NCBI GenBank assembly: GCA_964416155.1
Contig: CAYQCW010000001.1
Span: 160,001 to 224,000 of the forward strand
Reading direction: 5' to 3'
Length of the DNA: 64,000 nt
Source of the DNA: an uncultured Nitrososphaerota archaeon
GTDB lineage: Archaea > Thermoproteota > EX4484-205 > JAAOZP01
Made by a program: the position numbers and the translations under genes. Positions 58,663 through 64,000 of this stretch are shown piece by piece. Under the pieces are notes generated by a model. The model did no database searches. It worked only from the letters and a program-made list of their open reading frames with translations, and had not been told where the DNA came from. Positions within the stretch are counted from its first letter, which is position 1, and each line of letters starts with the position of its first letter.

Positions 58663-59420
58663 ATTCTCAACCCAAACAGCCTGAGAGCGTTCCTAGTGGT
58701 TTCCTCAGCAACAGTATCCTGATCGACTTTTTTAATCCTAGCTATCTCCCTGAGGCTGAAAACAATGTTTGCAGGCTCATTCCTCTTAAACGGGTCAACC
58801 CCGAGAACCGGCGAGTCTGACTCCAGCAGAATGTTTTCCAACGGGAGCCTGGCTGCAAGCTTCTGCTTCTGCGGCGACCTCACTATTGAGGGTGGAATGC
58901 TGAAGAAGAAGCCTGCTTCAACACTCTTCATAGCGTACGAGGCCTTCCCGTCGAAAGCATGCATCAAAACCCTTTTAGCATTGTTTGCAACCAGTATGTC
59001 GATAGCCTCTCTACCGGCGCTTCTCGAGTGAACTATAATCGGCACATCAAGCTTTTTAGCAAGCCCTATGAAATTTTCGAAAACCCCGATAAGCCTAGCC
59101 CTGTCCTCGCGACTCCTAACCGTATAGTAGTCTAGGCCAACCTCGCCGACTCCGATTATCCGACTCTTGTTGTCAAGGATGAGTTGCGTAACTTCCTCAT
59201 GTCTGACGGAGAAGGGGGCTCCGTAGTCAATACCTATGGTCGAGTAAACATAGCCCTTGAATCTTTCCGAAATCCTCAGAGATCTTAAGCCACCATCCGG
59301 GCCCAGCCCACAGTCCACGATGGCTGCTAAACCGTTCTCCCTAGCTTTCAACACAACGGTATCCAGGTCGGTTTCGAAAGAACTATCGCTCAAATGCGCA
59401 TGCACATCTATGAGCCGCAA
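58659..59420 (-). CDS. tatD: TatD-family nuclease
   Basis: DVHAH, GEVGLD, VHSR, HAF, LESDSP, NEP. Confidence 0.93.
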   Translation of the reverse strand: MRLIDVHAHLSDSSFETDLDTVVLKARENGLAAIVDCGLGPDGGLRSLRISERFKGYVYSTIGIDYGAPFSVRHEEVTQLILDNKSRIIGVGEVGLDYYTVRSREDRARLIGVFENFIGLAKKLDVPIIVHSRSAGREAIDILVANNAKRVLMHAFDGKASYAMKSVEAGFFFSIPPSIVRSPQKQKLAARLPLENILLESDSPVLGVDPFKRNEPANIVFSLREIARIKKVDQDTVAEETTRNALRLFGLRI

Positions 59421-59488
59421 GGAGACGAGTCAGCCTGTTCGAAGACAGAGATAAACCTTTAACTACCTTAAATCCTCATTAAGCCGGA

Positions 59489-59692
59489 ATGGTTAAGAAG
59501 GCGGGCACCAGGCTATACGTGCTTAACAAGAGGCTGGGTGGGAAAACATACTCTGCGACAATGCTGTATTTACCGAGTAAGATCGTTAACGATTCCGCGT
59601 TCCCCCTGAGAAAGAAGAGCAGGCTCGTCGTGAGAATAGTTGGCGACAAGATAGTTGTTGAGAGCGAGAAGACCGGTAGGAGGAAGCCTTAA
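59489..59692 (+). CDS. Small basic AbrB/SpoVT-like DNA-binding protein
   Basis: LYLPSKIVNDSAFPL...LVVRIVGDKIVVE swapped-hairpin pattern. Confidence 0.65.
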   Translation: MVKKAGTRLYVLNKRLGGKTYSATMLYLPSKIVNDSAFPLRKKSRLVVRIVGDKIVVESEKTGRRKP

Positions 59693-60075
59693 CTAAGCCT
59701 ATGCTTGAAACCGGTGAAAGCCGTGTAAATTATTATGAATTGTTCAAGCTCCCTTAGGAAGCCTGTGCTTATATGCCATGAACCTTCTCTTTTCTCCACG
59801 ATCCCGGCCCCCACAACCCCCCTAATCATGTTGTAAAACTGGCCCACCGTGATCCTTCTTTTCCCCACCCAGCTTTTCCACTCGCTCACATTCATGCCTG
59901 AAGAGCCTCTGGAAACAAGCTCCTCGCAGAAAACCTTTGCCTCAGACGCTAAAAGGGGGCTTCTCCAGAAAACCCTGGAAAACATCTCTTCTACGGTAGC
60001 GGGAACCCTGCCCGCTTTAAAAAGTATCGTAGTCCCTTTATGCGTCTGCCTACCCCTCCGGCTCCTCCTAGGCAT
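59689..60075 (-). CDS. Winged-helix protein with Arg-rich N-terminus
   Basis: FYNMIRGVVGAGIVEKREGSWHIS helix-wing pattern. Confidence 0.65.
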   Translation of the reverse strand: MPRRSRRGRQTHKGTTILFKAGRVPATVEEMFSRVFWRSPLLASEAKVFCEELVSRGSSGMNVSEWKSWVGKRRITVGQFYNMIRGVVGAGIVEKREGSWHISTGFLRELEQFIIIYTAFTGFKHRLS

Positions 60076-60261
60076 ACTGTCTGCTTCTAAACGCTCAGAG
60101 AAAAGCCTTACTGACCTGCACCATTAACATCGCTGTCAAAGTGGCGATGAAAAGCACTCTGGTGAAGCAGCCCATAGGCTGCATGCATAGCAGGATCCAC
60201 GTAGCCCTGAGCTTAACGGGATTGAGAGGCATAACTGAGGAACCCGTTGGTGAGTGCCGCA

Positions 60262-62814
60262 CTAGGCTAGGACGTCATACTCTTCCGAGACTGGGGGCGG
60301 CTGAGGCCTACGCCTCCTTATCCAGAGCAGCGACATTGAAACAGCCAAAACGACAGCGAAGCTTATGACCACAAGGATCAAGTATAGATTGCTCACTCTA
60401 AAGAAAACCTCTTTAACACCAGTATTACCGTAAGGATCGGTGGCATTGATCACCATCCTGTATTCTCCAACCGGATTAGTAACTGGGAGATAATAGTCTC
60501 CAACCCACTTGCCACCCTGGTATCTGAGGCTTATGATGCTCGCGAGGGTACCGGAGGAGACCGTTGCAGTCACGTCTCCGTCTTCAAGACTTGAAGAATC
60601 CGGGTATTTAACGATTGTTCTTAAAGAAACTGTTTCAAACCCCGCCTGATAACTCTCCTTCAAAGCCTCCATTTCAAAGCTTAGAACAGCCCGGGTTATT
60701 TCAACGGGAACCATGTATAAACCATAGTTTTCAAAAGAGTCTTTAACGGTAACGTTTAACACGTACTGTCCCACGGGAGCACTCCGAGGGGCGCTGATGT
60801 TTCCAATCCAAGCTTCGGCTGAGAACCCTAGCTGGGCGAGAGCCTGCGCAACACCATTATGAACCAGCTTAGCGTCCACGAAGGCGCCTTTCTCCCTAGA
60901 AACGTTCTCCACCGTAAGAACCTCCTTAGAAGGGTATTTCACCACCACTTTGACGGGTATTTTCTCGGTTCTGGAGAACCTGCTGCCAAGCGGGGTTAAC
61001 AGCTGTATGATTAGCCTAGCTGGAACAATCCTTATTTCCCGAGAGAAATCCCCACTGTTCCCCATCTCGTCTACCGCTGTTATCATAAGGATCCATCCTC
61101 CCGTTTCCTCGCCCACCGGGATCTTCCAAGACAGACCCCAGTCTCCCAAGCTGGTCTTGTCGAAGTTAAACGGGCCCTTTCTAGTCTGACCCTTGATAAG
61201 TTCAAGAGTCACGCTGCCGGATGGCAAGGGTGTTCCATCAGGGTATGCAACGCCAACCGAGACGTTTAGCCTAACAGACCTTTCATAGGTAGCGTTAAGC
61301 TGGTTTTTTAGAGTTATCCTCAGCTTAGCAGTGGTGAGAGTAAACGTTCTGTTTCCGGAGCCAGTGTTTCCATACTGGTCTGAAGCCTCCACCTTAACCA
61401 TGTAGCTACCCAAGGGGGCGGATGGTTCTGTCTTAATACTCTTGAACCAGTAGCCTTCGCGAAAGTAATCCATGAATATTTCTCTCCCCTGAACCCCGCC
61501 GTAGACCAGTCTTATCCTAACAACCCCGTTCCAAGGCAGGCTTGAACCATCCTTGTACTTAACTTGAACCGTTATGTTTACCGGCTTAACCCTTTCATAA
61601 GTTGTAGCATCCATTTCTACAGTAACGTTTAAAACCGCCCTGACCAGGGTGACCTTAACAGCATCAGTAACCACCTTCATGTTTTTAAAGTCCAACGCAT
61701 CATCACACTCTATGGAAGCAGAGAGGACGCCGAGCTGAATGTCCACGGGAACCGTTATCTGCCTACCAACTTCCCCTTTAGAATCCGTCTCCAGCCTCTG
61801 GCTGAAAACCACGTGCGTCGAGTTTTTCAAGTAGAGCGTCGCTGACCCGCTGCGCACCAGCCCACCAGCCTTAACCATGATTATTGACTTACGCTCCCAT
61901 ACCCGTGGAACATCCCAGATGCCGAAGTGATACTCTGTTACGCAGCCACTCCTGTTAACCCGCATAGTGTAGGTTCCCGGAGAAGGGTTGGTCAAGTTTA
62001 TTGTGCGGGAGAACCCGCCAGTAGAATTAGCCGTTATGGAATAGGTTGCAAGAACCGAACCATTTGGACGGATTATTTTAAGGTCGAATGATGATGTAAA
62101 AAACTGGTCTCCACTAATCTTCACCTGAACACTGCTGGAAGAAGCATACACAGGCTTGTCCGTGAGAATTATCGGGGAGACGAGCATTGAGAACTCGTCG
62201 AAAAAGGTTTTCACACCGTCTTGAGGCGGGTCAAAAACGCCGAGGGAGAGGTTCACCTGCTTCACAAGGAACAGTTTAACACCGGTAGCGATAGAGATTG
62301 TTTGACTACCATTATAAAGTATTGTTAAAGCATCCGATGAAGCATCCAGCCATATGGTTAAATTGTACCATTTTCCAGTCGAGAAAGTTGCGCCGTCATT
62401 CCTCCTATCTAGCCTGTAGGCCACTAGCTTCATATCGAGAAAGCCAAGCTTAACCTCGTACGTTGAAGAATCTGTAAGCACGAGGATCATCTTGGTAAAA
62501 TTGAAGCTTGTGCCATTGTTTATCTTCATCATGAAGCTTGTTTTGAAGGATCCCTTAGCGTTTAAGACAGAGTATATGTATCCACGGTTCCCGGATGAAA
62601 CGTTTATGCTTAGGCAGGGGCCCCGGAAGCCGTAAGGAGAAAAAGAGTAGCCTGAGCCCGTGAAGGATCCTGAGGGAGATATGCTTAGATTATTGGTGAA
62701 GGAAGAGTTGTAAGCAGGTATGAAGCACCCGTCGGCCTCAACTCCGACCGGCATTATTAGGATTGCTAAGAGCAGCAATGCTGCAACCAGTATTACCATG
62801 CTATCCTTTGGCAT
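60262..62814 (-). CDS. Large cell-surface glycoprotein with Ig-like repeats and C-terminal TM
   Basis: Signal peptide; beta-rich N-domain; 4 clear ~100-aa repeats (YER...VxYxDG...AxDxxGNxG); many NxS/T sequons; TM followed by RRRRP tail. Confidence 0.8.
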   Translation of the reverse strand: MPKDSMVILVAALLLLAILIMPVGVEADGCFIPAYNSSFTNNLSISPSGSFTGSGYSFSPYGFRGPCLSINVSSGNRGYIYSVLNAKGSFKTSFMMKINNGTSFNFTKMILVLTDSSTYEVKLGFLDMKLVAYRLDRRNDGATFSTGKWYNLTIWLDASSDALTILYNGSQTISIATGVKLFLVKQVNLSLGVFDPPQDGVKTFFDEFSMLVSPIILTDKPVYASSSSVQVKISGDQFFTSSFDLKIIRPNGSVLATYSITANSTGGFSRTINLTNPSPGTYTMRVNRSGCVTEYHFGIWDVPRVWERKSIIMVKAGGLVRSGSATLYLKNSTHVVFSQRLETDSKGEVGRQITVPVDIQLGVLSASIECDDALDFKNMKVVTDAVKVTLVRAVLNVTVEMDATTYERVKPVNITVQVKYKDGSSLPWNGVVRIRLVYGGVQGREIFMDYFREGYWFKSIKTEPSAPLGSYMVKVEASDQYGNTGSGNRTFTLTTAKLRITLKNQLNATYERSVRLNVSVGVAYPDGTPLPSGSVTLELIKGQTRKGPFNFDKTSLGDWGLSWKIPVGEETGGWILMITAVDEMGNSGDFSREIRIVPARLIIQLLTPLGSRFSRTEKIPVKVVVKYPSKEVLTVENVSREKGAFVDAKLVHNGVAQALAQLGFSAEAWIGNISAPRSAPVGQYVLNVTVKDSFENYGLYMVPVEITRAVLSFEMEALKESYQAGFETVSLRTIVKYPDSSSLEDGDVTATVSSGTLASIISLRYQGGKWVGDYYLPVTNPVGEYRMVINATDPYGNTGVKEVFFRVSNLYLILVVISFAVVLAVSMSLLWIRRRRPQPPPVSEEYDVLA

Positions 62815-62905
62815 CTGTGATGCTTCCTTATCAAGCGTTTTAAAGGTTTTGTTAGGTTTGTATAAAAATAAAATAGTATGGTTTCCGGTGGAGGCTTAAC
62901 CCCGT

Positions 62906-63526
62906 TCACTTGCCACCGTAAAAAAGCCTCTTCACTCTGAACAACACTTTTCTAAACCACCCTCTTTTTTCAACCTTCAACTCTCCCTTTAAAACCATGT
63001 CTAAAACACTCCTATAAGCATCAGGATTTCTTAAAGCTAGGAGTAGAAGCGTCTCCTCGCTCAACCTAGATCCCTTCAGAGGAGTATGGCCATTCTCCAT
63101 GTTTTTTAAAAGCTTCTTCTCGCTTTTCCTCAAGCCAATAATGTTCAAGGCTAGGAGAATTAATCCTGCTGCGAAAAAAACTATGGTCTGCAAGTATGTT
63201 GCCGGATCTTTCTGAGAAATATTCCCAGTATCCTGCATAATCGCGCCCCCCGGAGGCGAGCCTGAAAACCTTGCGTCGTATTTAACGAGCAGCGTGGAAT
63301 CCTGAGCTAATGTTTTAAAAGATTCAGGCCTGAAAACCGTTAAAGAAACGTTGTTGGCCAAATATAGTTCAACAAGTGTCCTGTTGCAGAGGAAAGCAGT
63401 TACACGCATTGAAACATGAGTCTCGTTTCCCATAATCGTGCTTGAGGGGCCTGCACACGTGTTAAGGCAAGTATTGAAAAGCACGGCTAAGAGGAACGTT
63501 AAGCACGTTTTTACACGCATCGTCAA
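62906..63526 (-). CDS. Single-pass membrane protein of unknown function
   Basis: Signal peptide, ectodomain with N-glycosylation sequons, TM (TIVFFAAGLILLALNII), basic cytoplasmic tail. Confidence 0.6.
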   Translation of the reverse strand: MTMRVKTCLTFLLAVLFNTCLNTCAGPSSTIMGNETHVSMRVTAFLCNRTLVELYLANNVSLTVFRPESFKTLAQDSTLLVKYDARFSGSPPGGAIMQDTGNISQKDPATYLQTIVFFAAGLILLALNIIGLRKSEKKLLKNMENGHTPLKGSRLSEETLLLLALRNPDAYRSVLDMVLKGELKVEKRGWFRKVLFRVKRLFYGGK

Positions 63527-63572
63527 CTCTATTTTTAAACTTGAGAGGATGCTGATAAGCCCCCATGCGTCA

Positions 63573-63637
63573 CGGCATCAATCCGCCCATCTTATCCTCA
63601 TCCTTAATCAGATTTTTGAGGCGGTTTTCATCTGCCG
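63573..63637 (-). ncRNA. Box C/D-like sRNA, candidate guide for 16S C1402 2'-O-methylation
   Basis: CGGCA-GAUGA(C)-16nt-CUGA(D')-UUA-AGGAUGA(C')-16nt-UUGA(D)-UGCCG; TATA CTTAAATA at 63666-63659. Confidence 0.55.
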
Positions 63638-63677
63638 GAGAATAATATTGAGAGAAGGTATTTAAGCATTAAGCACA

Positions 63678-63998
63678 TCATGGTTCCGAACCGGTCAGCT
63701 TTAAAATCTGTCGCGAAATATTCCTCCAGTGAGAACCCCTCCAGTATAACTTGCCACACGCCTTACACCTCCAGATTAAACCCACGTTTTTAGGAGCACC
63801 GGGATTTTTCTCAGCCTCATCAGGGGGCAAGAGCTCAAGCTCACCGTTGCAAACCGTGCACCTTAAAGAATCCTCCTGGAGAAACAGCTTAAACCTCTCC
63901 ACCAGCAGCCTTAACACCTCCTCCTCCGTTAAACCCTTGGTTAAAACAACTTCAACACTCTTTCTCTCAGCGATTTTCGCGAGCTCATCGTCAGAAGT
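63678..63998 (-). CDS. Mut7-C RNase domain protein (5'-truncated by window edge)
   Basis: Frame is open to the window end (TSDDELA...); RCTVCNGEL...CKACGKLYWRGSHW. Confidence 0.88.
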   Translation of the reverse strand, partial: TSDDELAKIAERKSVEVVLTKGLTEEEVLRLLVERFKLFLQEDSLRCTVCNGELELLPPDEAEKNPGAPKNVGLIWRCKACGKLYWRGSHWRNISRQILKLTGSEP

Positions 63999-64000
63999 CA

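Noticed and set aside
60234-60260. CUGAGGA hammerhead-like core
   Set aside because: It is followed by GAGU rather than GAAA, and no stem III is present.
1-64000. CRISPR arrays, tRNA/rRNA genes, transposases or integrases
   Set aside because: None seen by eye: no regularly spaced repeats, cloverleaf signatures or recombinase ORFs.

Overview
Gene-dense archaeal chromosome segment. Evidence: archaeal-type TrpS, ATP-dependent DNA ligase, Cdc48, Lhr, Trm112, a PUA protein, and BRE/TATA-like promoters ~25-30 nt before mostly leaderless starts. A TACK-type host such as Brockarchaeota or Bathyarchaeia is an inference, not shown. From left to right: a carbohydrate-use region (GH78, aldolase pseudogene, UroD-like protein, FAD oxidoreductase, GHL10, GT2, ROK kinase, flippase); argG, htrA, trpS; a purine cluster (two purF paralogs, purD, an orphan ORF, purE, purS, purL, purQ, nrdG, plus purC and purM); a membrane pyrophosphatase; a DtxR-linked metal ABC operon; cdc48; a nucleic-acid processing cluster (ligase, MPE, Lhr, DUF429, TatD); and a large Ig-repeat surface protein. 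At least four decayed genes are present. I found no rRNA, tRNA, CRISPR array or transposase. Best leads: (1) an unannotated box C/D-like RNA at 63573-63637 (-) whose D guide predicts 2'-O-methylation of 16S C1402; (2) purS and purL appear to need CTG starts, each in a CTGA stop/start overlap; (3) an orphan ORF coupled inside the pur operon, near a glutaminase-dead purF paralog; (4) an archaeal TatD-DUF429-Lhr-MPE-ligase neighbourhood; (5) a truncated fluoride-riboswitch-like motif. All calls are from reading the sequence; no database searches were run.
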